DNA from: a virus
Taxonomy: Duplodnaviria > Caudoviricetes
Direction: 5' to 3' (one strand)
Virus record (IMG/VR): IMGVR_UViG_3300042861_000484
Span: 1-60,597 of that record
Length of the DNA: 60,597 bases
Positions 19,147-29,200 of the stretch are shown one piece after another. The notes under the pieces are model-generated. The model saw only the letters and a list, made by a program, of their open reading frames with translations. It ran no database searches and was not told the origin of the DNA. How positions within the stretch are numbered: position 1 is the first letter of the stretch; every line of letters starts with the position of its first letter. A program made the position numbers and the translations under genes.

Positions 19147-22100
19147 CCAGGGTAACATTAGGGCGGAGTATAACAACGCAACCACTGGCTTAAACTTAGA
19201 CCAGTCTGTTAATCAGATTCCTAAGGGTAAGCTCACGTATGCATTGAATGCTGCTGTAGAGAACTTTGACTCAAATTCTGTTAACTACCAGAATGAGCCA
19301 GGGAATGAGCTTTGCCTTAATTTTCCTGAGGGTTACCAACTGATTGGTGAACACTTTATTAATGAGAAGAGTAAACATGTATTCTTTCTTGCTAATCCTG
19401 AAACAGGAGATAGTGAGATTGGGTACATGGATAATAATGATTGTGTCTATCGCACTTACATCAATGCTAAGTGCTTGAATTTCAATATCAAGTATCCAAT
19501 TCACAAGGCTGTCCACAAACTTACTAATTGCACCACTGAGGTGTATTGGACAGATGGTTACAATCCCAGACGCTATCTAGATCTGGAGAATATTCCCTAC
19601 AAGCTCCAATCTGGAGCAAACCTTTGCGACCCCACTTTCACCAATGAGATTGATTGTAATCAGTTGAATGTTCAACCTGATTTCAACATTCCTCAATTGG
19701 ATGTAGTTGATGTTACCACTGGTGGAGACTTGCAAGCTGGTACATATCAGTTTGCTATTCAGTATTCTGACTCTGTAAGTCAGGGATACACCTCGTATTT
19801 CTCTGTTACAAATCCTACACCTATTGCTGATATAAGCATTACCACACCTAATTTTAATTATCAGGTGGGTAAGTCTATTAGAGTGAGGGTTAGTAATTTA
19901 GATATCACTGGGCTCTTTCAGTATTTTAACTTGGCAGTGATTAAGACCATCAACGGCATTACATCTGTAGAGCTGATTGGTACGTATTTCATTAGTGATA
20001 ATGAACAAGTGGTTACATACACTGGTCAGAATAAGTCAGACATTCGTCTATTGATTGATGATATTTTCAACAAGTATCCTTATTACGAGATTGCTCAGGA
20101 CATCACAGCAGTTCGTGATATTCTTGTTTGGGATAACCTCACATCCATTGACCGAGTTAACTATCAGCAGATTGCTAATCAAATTCAGCTTCAGTGGGAA
20201 ACTTGGAGAATTCCTAATACAGAAACCTACGCTGATGAGCTGAATGCCACAAACCTGCGTGGGTACCTGCGTGATGAGGTGTATGCATTTGAGATAGTGT
20301 TTCTCCTGAAGAATGGTAAGCAGACAGATGGTTTTCATATTCCTGGAAGAACAGCTACCACACTTGATGCATCTCCTGTTCCTAACACAAATGCTGACTT
20401 CATTGGTGATCCTGATTATACAGTAGGTACAATAGGATATAGTCCGTATTGGAAAATATATAATACAGCCACGCTTACAGGATTCTCTCCAGGATACTCT
20501 CCTGCAGCTGATTACAAAGGATCTTACCAGTATGGTGAGTTTGCGTATTGGGAGTCTGTAGAAAAATATCCATGTAACGAAGATCTTTGGGGAGACTTGG
20601 CTGATAAGCCTATCAGACACCACAAGTTCCCAGATGTACTTGTAAGTCCTATATTTGAGTCTGCTCTCTACTCATCACCTGGATCTATGGTGATGCAGAA
20701 GGATGCTGTGTTCCCAATTGGTGTAAGAATTGACACAGCCTACGTTGCAACATTGATTGCTAATTCCAATCTTACACAAGAGCAGAAAGATAGCATTGCT
20801 GGATTTAAGATTGTTCGTTCTGATAGAGGACCTGATAAGTCTATTGTAGCTAAGGGCATTCTCAGAAATGTCGGTAAATACACTAGAGAAGAGACTGACT
20901 ATTATTTCCCCAACTACCCTTATAACGACCTAAGACCAGATCCTTTCCTTCTTGATAAAAGTAACGCATATACAGCAAATACTGATGTTGCTGATTCTAT
21001 AAATGGTATTTGTAGAAACTACACCATCACTGCATATGAGAACGGTATAGTTGTAGAATATATTGATTGCTACATAAATGAGATAGAGACAACAGATGTT
21101 CTAAATGTTGGAGATTCTGTTTCTGTTTGTTCTCTCATAGAACCGAGAGTTAGAACAGGAGATGCAAAAAAGGTATGCATCATCTCCAATACATATAAGA
21201 TATACAAGGTTATCACACGTTTACCAACTGTTGGTAGAGATTTTCTATACATACCTCCAACAAATGGGATTATGCCTTGGGGATCTCCTGCCCCAGCACC
21301 ATACACCAACTGGTGTGATTTCTGTCAGAACAATCCAACAAATGTAGCTTGTAAAGATAGAGATGGTAATTTTCCAAGAGCACTGAATGAGGTGGTTCTT
21401 GCAACAACTGGTCCTGGAACATTTATTGTTTGGTCTCTGATCAAACCTTATTTTATTAATGGTACAAATAGTGGATATGAAATAGAAGAGGTTGATTCTG
21501 TAGGATTTGGTATTTGTAATCCTGCTCAACTCAATCCTTTTGTTGATAATGATTTGAAATACAGACAGATATTCAACTCTCCTGAGACATCCTTCGGACA
21601 ACCGTTCCTTGGAGATGTTCTTAGACTAGAGAATGTAATATTTGGTGCTGGTATTGCACACTTCACTAAGGTGAGAAACAATGCTCTTTACAGATTGATA
21701 AGTAAAGAGGCACAGCTAGATGCTCTTGGTTCTGCTTCTAGTATTGCAAGCATTACAACACCAACAGATGTTTCTGTATTATTTTCTGCATACCAGGCTT
21801 ACTTAACCATATATGCAAACGCTATTGTTAGAAGAAACTATGCGTATTCTTTCAACTCGATAGCTAGCTATGATTACAGTGCACCTATTGCTAACAACTT
21901 GGGAATCAAGCAAAGACCTCTTGATATTGCTCAATACCTGATTCCTGGTGTACAAAGTGTTGGAAGTGGCGAAGATCCTATCAACAACTTCCAAAGAGAG
22001 TCTTCTGTATATCTAAAGACTTCTGAGAGAAACATCACTACTACAAAGAGCTACGGTGTATACGAGCTATGTAAAACTGGTGGGTTTGTTCCATCTTTAG

Positions 22101-24793
22101 TATATTACACTGATATTATTACAGGAATTGGAACATTTGTAACAATTGCTTCTGTTGGGTGTGTTACAGTGAACTCTTTCACTACACCTGTAGCTGTTGC
22201 AAATATCTCTAATACAACAATTGCATTAACTAGTTCATCTACATTATCTTTCACAGGGCCTATAGATCCCCTTCTTTTCCCAAGCGATACGCCAAGCTTG
22301 TCTGGAACAGGACTGGTTGACAACTCTAGATTTGCTCTTGGGGATGGATCAAATCCTGCTGCAGATTGTAATGCTCCTGGAAAGAATGTTCCAATAAATG
22401 TTGTATCTTATTACGCTTCTATCAAGAACCTTTCTGTAGGTCAGTATGGACAGATCTACTCATACAACACAATTGATACAGGGTTCCAAAGAGATATCAC
22501 TCCTGTAACTGCCACAACATATGAAACTATATTTGGTGGAGATACATTCATCAGCAAGTTTGCATTCAAGACCAAGCTCCCATTCTTCTTTGACAATCGT
22601 GTAGGTGCTCCTGATGATAGTGACATTTTCTACGATGAGATTGGTAATGTAGCCTATCCAAAGTATTGGTTCTCAGCAAGATCTGTTCTTAGTAATGTTG
22701 AGGCTGCTGGTGTTATATTGAAAAACTTCATATCATTCAAGGCTCACAACCTTGATTGTCCTAATTCTCAGACTCCTGAAGATGCTCCTGGAAGAACTTA
22801 TTACGATGGGAAGATGTACCTTTTTGCTTATGGTATTCCATACTTCTATTGTGAGTCTTCTTATAATGTGGATTTGCGTCAAGCGTTTAATACAGAAGAA
22901 GGGGACTTCTGGCCGCATGTAAGTAATAGTATTCCTGATGATTGGGTGCAAGAGTCTAATGTGTCTATTGCTAATGACAACACCTACTATTATAATGTAA
23001 CTTATTCTAAGCAGAATAAGGAGAATGTGTTCACGCATCTGCCTAATGACTGGAGTAACATCTGTTACACAAACTATCCTTTCAGAGCAATCTATTCTGA
23101 TACACAAGAGACAGATCCAGACAACAGAGCTAATAACTGGTTGATTTACAAACCATTATCTTATTTTGACTTTCCTCAGAACTTTGGAAAGCTGGTAAGT
23201 CTTGATGGTATTCAGAACAAGGCTGTGTTGGCTAGATTTGAGAACAAGAGCTTGCTGTATAACACCATGCTCACTATCAATACAAGCAATCCACAAGCTG
23301 CATATCTGGGTAATGATCTTCTATTTAGATCTTCCCCTCCTGTTGACTTTGCAGAAACTGATCTTGGATATGTAGGATGTCAGCACAAGATGCTTCTGAA
23401 AATCCCTCAGGGACAAGTGACGGTTGATGCTAAAAGAGGACAGATATTTTTGATTAGTGGAAACGAAGCGGTTGATATGTCTGCTTTTGGATCTGGAATG
23501 AACAGGTTCTTTACAGACCATCTGGCTTTTGAAATCCTGAGATATTTCCCTAATGTAAATGTAGATAACCACTTTGATGGATTAGGACTACATGGTGTGT
23601 ACGACTCTAAGTATGACAGAGTGATCATCACCAAGCTTGACTATACACCAAAGAGAACAGATATTAAGTATGATCCTATAACACAGGAGTTCTACATTGA
23701 TAATGTGTACCCACAAAACTCAACTAGCACTACATCTTCTTCTACAAGTAGCACTAGTACAACATCTATTCCTGGAACAACTTCTACAACAACCACTGTA
23801 CCTCCAATTGTCACTCGTGAGGTGGTTTATCTGACAGATGAGGCATATTTCTGTAACAGAAGCTGGACCCTTTCATTCAACTTCAACACCAAGAGTTGGA
23901 TTAGTTTCCATAGCTACATTCCTAACTGGTATATTGCTGAAAACAACTTCTTCTATTCTGGATTGAACGATTGTTGTACAACACTTGAAGCACTTGTTGG
24001 TGAGCCTGGTTCTACTACCACCACTACAACAACAACAGCATTTGTGTGTACATGTAACACTTATGAGGTGAGCAACTTCACAGGGTTTACACAGCAATAC
24101 GACTTCTATGATTGCAACAATGTGTTACATCCTGCAGTGACCATCCTGGATGATGAAACCCAGCAGGTGTGTGTATGTAATGATAGAATTTATTACGCTG
24201 ACAGAGCATTGATTGTTAACCTGATTGCGGGTACATGTATCACCACCACAACTTCCACAACCACAACTGCTTATACAGGATGTGACCTAGTTGGAACAGC
24301 TTGTGAGGAAATCACTACCACTACAACAACAAGTAGCACATCAAGCACCACCACAACTACTACCACAATTGCCTGTGAGTGTCATGATGCTGAGATAACA
24401 GATGATGCTGGATATTTCTACTTCGATTGTAATGGAAACTATATAGCAGGTGGCGGGGCTTCTGGAGCTGTTGTTTGCTTCAATATCTATCAGCCATACA
24501 GTGCAAATCTTCTGGATCTTGGTATTTCTGGAACTTGCCTGTGCCCTGGACAAACAACCACTACAACAACTACTAGTACAAGCACTACGACTACCACCAC
24601 AACAGCTTTTGGTACAAACTGTACAACGTACCAGATTCAGCCTGTTGAGTCTATAAGCATTGAGTGGGAGGATTGTGGAACAGGAACACCGCTTTCTGGA
24701 ACTTATGTAAGCACTCAAAACATATGTGCTAACACTGGAACTCTTGGAATCACTGGTGGAACTGGTATCATCACTGTAATGGGTCCTTGTTAA
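19124..24793 (+). CDS. tail stabilization/muzzle protein, N-terminal major part, with Cys/Thr-rich appended modules
   Basis: GLNLDQS...YALNA start, YWTDGYNPRRY, YLRDEVYAFEI, FGGDTFI, SWTLSFNFNTKSWISFHSY propeller-type motifs; synteny. Confidence 0.8.
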   Translation: MAGEETTNQGNIRAEYNNATTGLNLDQSVNQIPKGKLTYALNAAVENFDSNSVNYQNEPGNELCLNFPEGYQLIGEHFINEKSKHVFFLANPETGDSEIGYMDNNDCVYRTYINAKCLNFNIKYPIHKAVHKLTNCTTEVYWTDGYNPRRYLDLENIPYKLQSGANLCDPTFTNEIDCNQLNVQPDFNIPQLDVVDVTTGGDLQAGTYQFAIQYSDSVSQGYTSYFSVTNPTPIADISITTPNFNYQVGKSIRVRVSNLDITGLFQYFNLAVIKTINGITSVELIGTYFISDNEQVVTYTGQNKSDIRLLIDDIFNKYPYYEIAQDITAVRDILVWDNLTSIDRVNYQQIANQIQLQWETWRIPNTETYADELNATNLRGYLRDEVYAFEIVFLLKNGKQTDGFHIPGRTATTLDASPVPNTNADFIGDPDYTVGTIGYSPYWKIYNTATLTGFSPGYSPAADYKGSYQYGEFAYWESVEKYPCNEDLWGDLADKPIRHHKFPDVLVSPIFESALYSSPGSMVMQKDAVFPIGVRIDTAYVATLIANSNLTQEQKDSIAGFKIVRSDRGPDKSIVAKGILRNVGKYTREETDYYFPNYPYNDLRPDPFLLDKSNAYTANTDVADSINGICRNYTITAYENGIVVEYIDCYINEIETTDVLNVGDSVSVCSLIEPRVRTGDAKKVCIISNTYKIYKVITRLPTVGRDFLYIPPTNGIMPWGSPAPAPYTNWCDFCQNNPTNVACKDRDGNFPRALNEVVLATTGPGTFIVWSLIKPYFINGTNSGYEIEEVDSVGFGICNPAQLNPFVDNDLKYRQIFNSPETSFGQPFLGDVLRLENVIFGAGIAHFTKVRNNALYRLISKEAQLDALGSASSIASITTPTDVSVLFSAYQAYLTIYANAIVRRNYAYSFNSIASYDYSAPIANNLGIKQRPLDIAQYLIPGVQSVGSGEDPINNFQRESSVYLKTSERNITTTKSYGVYELCKTGGFVPSLVYYTDIITGIGTFVTIASVGCVTVNSFTTPVAVANISNTTIALTSSSTLSFTGPIDPLLFPSDTPSLSGTGLVDNSRFALGDGSNPAADCNAPGKNVPINVVSYYASIKNLSVGQYGQIYSYNTIDTGFQRDITPVTATTYETIFGGDTFISKFAFKTKLPFFFDNRVGAPDDSDIFYDEIGNVAYPKYWFSARSVLSNVEAAGVILKNFISFKAHNLDCPNSQTPEDAPGRTYYDGKMYLFAYGIPYFYCESSYNVDLRQAFNTEEGDFWPHVSNSIPDDWVQESNVSIANDNTYYYNVTYSKQNKENVFTHLPNDWSNICYTNYPFRAIYSDTQETDPDNRANNWLIYKPLSYFDFPQNFGKLVSLDGIQNKAVLARFENKSLLYNTMLTINTSNPQAAYLGNDLLFRSSPPVDFAETDLGYVGCQHKMLLKIPQGQVTVDAKRGQIFLISGNEAVDMSAFGSGMNRFFTDHLAFEILRYFPNVNVDNHFDGLGLHGVYDSKYDRVIITKLDYTPKRTDIKYDPITQEFYIDNVYPQNSTSTTSSSTSSTSTTSIPGTTSTTTTVPPIVTREVVYLTDEAYFCNRSWTLSFNFNTKSWISFHSYIPNWYIAENNFFYSGLNDCCTTLEALVGEPGSTTTTTTTTAFVCTCNTYEVSNFTGFTQQYDFYDCNNVLHPAVTILDDETQQVCVCNDRIYYADRALIVNLIAGTCITTTTSTTTTAYTGCDLVGTACEEITTTTTTSSTSSTTTTTTTIACECHDAEITDDAGYFYFDCNGNYIAGGGASGAVVCFNIYQPYSANLLDLGISGTCLCPGQTTTTTTTSTSTTTTTTTAFGTNCTTYQIQPVESISIEWEDCGTGTPLSGTYVSTQNICANTGTLGITGGTGIITVMGPC

Positions 24794-24804
24794 ACGATAA
24801 TTAG

Positions 24805-25674
24805 ATGTCTAAAACAATAATCATAAAGCTTACAAAAGCCTCCCCTAGAGTGGGACCTTTCACCATCACTGATGATCGTGGGAATGTTCTTGCTACGGGT
24901 GTCACTTTGCAAGAGCTTATTGATGGGGTGGTTTATACAGTGGACGATGCTGTTAATGTGATTACTATTCAGTCTACAGGAAAATGCAAAACTAGTAGGT
25001 CATTTTCTGTAAATGTATTTATTTCACCCAACCAAATAACCAACTCAACATTCACCATATCTAGAAATGCGTGTCTGTGGAGACATCTGACCAACCCAGA
25101 AATATACAATTACTATTACGGAAATATTGAACCTTACATTATAGAATATCCGTTTGCTTATCAATATAACGATGAGATTCTTCAGAATGTAAAGGACTAT
25201 ACAAAGGCTTACAAATACTTTGCATCCACCACTGGTGTGTGGAATGATAATGCTAGAATTGAAACAGACGATAGATGGTTCAACAAGGCTGTTCTGTACA
25301 ATGGTCAGCAATCTACAGGTGTACTTGAGCTGGTTCCCAAACCTCTCAACAACCTGAGTAAATACCTGACCTATCCTATTTACAACACTGAAAGTAAGAC
25401 TATCACCTACACCAAGAGTGATAATTTCTATCAGTATAACACATTCTGGTCTTTGGTTAAGAGCAAGTCAGAACCTCTGTTTCTAACCACCTGTGAATCT
25501 CTGTCTATAGACAAGATTGTAAACCAGGCTAATATGGATTATGGCAAGAGATCCTTTAAAAAAGAACCTCTGAGAGCCAAAGAATTGAAGGTGAGGCACA
25601 TCCTTGACAATCGTTTTGATGCTCATCTTGTCAGCCAGTTTATTGTTACCCCTGCCCAGGTCAGCTATAAATAA
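24805..25674 (+). CDS. probable C-terminal part of the stabilization protein fused to an Ig-like N-domain
   Basis: N-domain similar to 14878 gene; LWRH...NYYYG...IIEYPF...FNKAVLYNGQQSTGVLEL continuation. Confidence 0.6.
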   Translation: MSKTIIIKLTKASPRVGPFTITDDRGNVLATGVTLQELIDGVVYTVDDAVNVITIQSTGKCKTSRSFSVNVFISPNQITNSTFTISRNACLWRHLTNPEIYNYYYGNIEPYIIEYPFAYQYNDEILQNVKDYTKAYKYFASTTGVWNDNARIETDDRWFNKAVLYNGQQSTGVLELVPKPLNNLSKYLTYPIYNTESKTITYTKSDNFYQYNTFWSLVKSKSEPLFLTTCESLSIDKIVNQANMDYGKRSFKKEPLRAKELKVRHILDNRFDAHLVSQFIVTPAQVSYK

Positions 25675-25680
25675 AAGATT

Positions 25681-26202
25681 ATGGAAATTTGGAAATCTAT
25701 ACCAAGTCTTAATAACTTATACGAAGCAAGTAATCTTGGTAGGATTAGATCTGCTAGTGGAAGGAATAAAGGTAAAGTTCTAAGAGAGTATATTAAGTGT
25801 CCTTCTAATATTAATTACAATTTAGTAGAAGTACACATAGATGGTAAAAAATGGGCAAAGAAAGTACATAGACTTGTGGCTGAAGTATTTTGTGAAAACC
25901 TTCAAGATCACCCAATTGTAATGCATTTAGATAATGATAGAAGAAACAACAAAGCAGATAACTTACAATGGGGTACTTTGAAAATGAATTCTCAACAAAT
26001 GATTAGAGAAGGAAGAGGAAACAAGTCAAAGGGTAGTTCTCATTATTTTTCAAAACTTACTGAAGATCAAGTAGTTGAAATAAGAAAAAAGTATATACCT
26101 AGAAAATATACATTGCAACAATTGGCTAAAGAATATAATGTAAGTTTTGCATTAATTGGACACGTTATAAAAAATAGAAACTGGAAACACGTAACTGTAT
26201 AA
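25681..26202 (+). mobile_element. free-standing NUMOD4-HNH homing endonuclease gene
   Basis: EIWKSIP..YEASNLGRIRS (NUMOD4), VHRLVAEVF..VMHLDNDRRNNKADNLQW (HNH), C-terminal HTH; AT-rich relative to neighbours. Confidence 0.9.
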
Positions 26203-26205
26203 ATA

Positions 26206-29200
26206 ATGGCAAAGAAACTCACCAAGGCTAAAGCTAGAGAAATTCTGCACGATAAGGAAGTGCACGGACAGCCTCTTACAGATAAGCAAAGGAGATTCTT
26301 TGGTGCTATTGCTGGAGGTGCTGAACCCTACAAGGCTGAGAATGGTATTGAGGGAACAATGGGAGGACTCACAGACAAAGGATTTAATTTCAATCCTGCA
26401 TGGGGTGGGGCTTGGAAGAATGGTGGTGAGCTATTACATGCTCAAAAAGGAGAAAAAGTATGTCCTCCAGGATTTGTAAATATTGATGGTAAATGCTTTG
26501 ATAGAGGAAGTAAAGAGTATAAAGATCTTTATGAAGAAGGAATAGGATATTTAGATAAAACAGGGACTCTTGTTTCTTCTAAAATGGAACTTCCTGAGGT
26601 GGTGGTAAAACCAGAATCAGTTTTAAATTTTTTAGACAAAACAATTGGCACTACTGGCGGAAGTTCAGCAAGATATGCATTTGATCAACTTGGTAAACAA
26701 TATGGATTTCCTGAAGTAAAGTCACAAAAAGAATACAAAAAGAACAATCCACTAAGTTTTTTTTCTTTACCTAAAGCAAAAGGACACTACTGGGACAATA
26801 CAATTTATGCTGATGATATTAAAAACTATCTGGCAGAGTTAGCTCATCATAATATGTTTAAGGAAAAAGGTAGAGTTAATCAAATTGGAAGATGGATAGG
26901 AAATGACTTAATTGATTATGTTACAGGAAATGACCCTTATAAAACAGAAGGAGATATAGAGTATGAAGCTCATAAAATAGTTGAACCGAAACTAAAAGAA
27001 GAATACATAAAACATAGAAACAAATATCTTTTAGATAAATATGGAATTTATGGTAGTTCTGGCATTGGTATTTATAAACAAGGTGGATGGCTAGATAAGT
27101 ATCAAGATGGTGGGAAATCTAATCAGGCTAGTGAAACAGAAATGATTCTGCCAGAAGTAGTTGTATCAAATAAAGAAAAGGTTTTAAGACATACTCCTAG
27201 TGCATCAGGTAATTATCAACTTACTAAAACAGTGACACCTTTTAAAACTAATAGACAAATAAGAAAAGGTGTTGAAGCTCCTCTTTATCCTAATGAGGTG
27301 AACTTTATTTCTAATTATGCTGGTGCTATAGGTAGTGTAGGTAGTGTTGATAGTTTACCATCAGCTGTTCCTTTTGAAGGTGAAAAACATTGGAATATTG
27401 ATAGATTTATAATGGACCCTGCTTTTAGTGAAGAATACCCTAATCTTAGAAGTGGTCAATCTAAAAAAGGTCTTAAGAAAAATGTTCTAGCTGACATGTA
27501 TAAATATTACATGTTACAAGGTCAGGATAAAGATGATGCATTTAGAAGTGCTAAACAGTTTATGAGACAAGAAATAAATCCTAGACTGAACAGCAAATAT
27601 TTCAAGGAAGCTTCTAGACTGACAGGTGTTCACAATCAACCTATTACAGAATTTGCTAATCAAAATCCATTTATAGACTTAAGAAATATAAATGAAGATG
27701 AGTCTCTTAGGTCAAATCCTTTTTATAAAGAATACTTTGAGAATCCTATTACAGAAAGAGAGATGAAACAGATATCTAAGTCCTATTTAAAGAACTTTAA
27801 GAAAATGTCTGGTAAGGAATCTAGAAAAAAGGTTAAGGAATGGATCAAAGAAGCGAATGCTCCAGAAGTTCGTTTTCAGCCTTCTGGTATTTCAATGGGT
27901 CAAGAAGACTATAGAGATGGCGGTAACTTAATGCCTCCTATGGCTGGTGCTGATCAGACTGTTCCTATGTACGCCATGGGAGGAAGTCTTCCTGGTTCTG
28001 TAGGATTCATGTATGCAAGAACAGCTGGAGCTGCTCCTTCAGAAGGTCCTTATGCTAAGAAAACTCTTCCTAGTGCTCAGAATGGAGCAGAAATGGCTTT
28101 CTATCAACAAGGGCTAGATTGGAAACCTAAGACTATTAGTAGGAACGGAGGATGGTTGGATAAGTTTGATGATGAGGTTCCTCAGGCTCAGACAGGATTT
28201 CTTACACAAAGATATTCCACTGGTCCTATGATGGGAGATTTGGCTACACAATCTGGAGTTCCTACACAGGGAGAGGTTGCTCGTCAGGATCAGCTTAGAA
28301 AAGAAGTAGAAGCTGCAAAACAGAAACAGGCTGCTAGGGCGCGTTACGAAGCTATGCCTAAAATAGGTCCTGCTAAACAACGTAATTATAGTGAACAAGT
28401 TCAGGCTGATGAGAGAAGAAGAAGATTAAATAAAGAATATATTGCTGACAAACCTCATTTAAGATTAGATAGTAAAGGAAATATCATTAATACAAATCCT
28501 GAACTTACCTTAGAAGGTCAATCAATACCATATACATCAGCTGCTAAAGCTGAAAAGTTTGCTAGGAGTTGGGAGACACCATTAGCTGTTGAAGGAGCTC
28601 TTAGCCTTGCTCCATTAGTTGGTAGAGGTGCTGTTGCAGCTAGTGAATATCTCACAACACAAACTCCTCTTAGAAATGCATACAAAATAAATCCTTGGGC
28701 ATTTAAACCAAAGTCTACATTAAATTATAGACAAGTAGGTGAAAAAGCGTTTGAAGACTTAGAAAGAACAGGACTTGTAAGAGGTGCTGGTGAAAACATT
28801 ATTACTGATCCTAATAAAAATTTACAACAAGTTCTTGATTACTATTCTGCTATTGAAAAAGGAACACCAAATATGTCTGGGGCTATGAATATAAAAGCCC
28901 CTTATTTTCAAAGAGGTAATTTATTTTATGATGTAAATTCTCCAGAAGCTAAATACTTGATAGAAACAACACAGAGTGGTACAGGAGTGTTTTCACCAGC
29001 CCAATCTGGATTTGTATTTAAGGGTGAGGGATTTTATCCATCAAATGCTCCTGGAGGAATTGGTGTTTTAAATCCTTCAGTATTTGATAGAGAACTTGCA
29101 AACTTTAATATTTATAAAAGAGATTGGTTAAGAGGGTATAAGCCTGTAAAATTTTCTAAACCTATATCAACAACATCTGTAGTTAGGGGTCCTATTCCAC

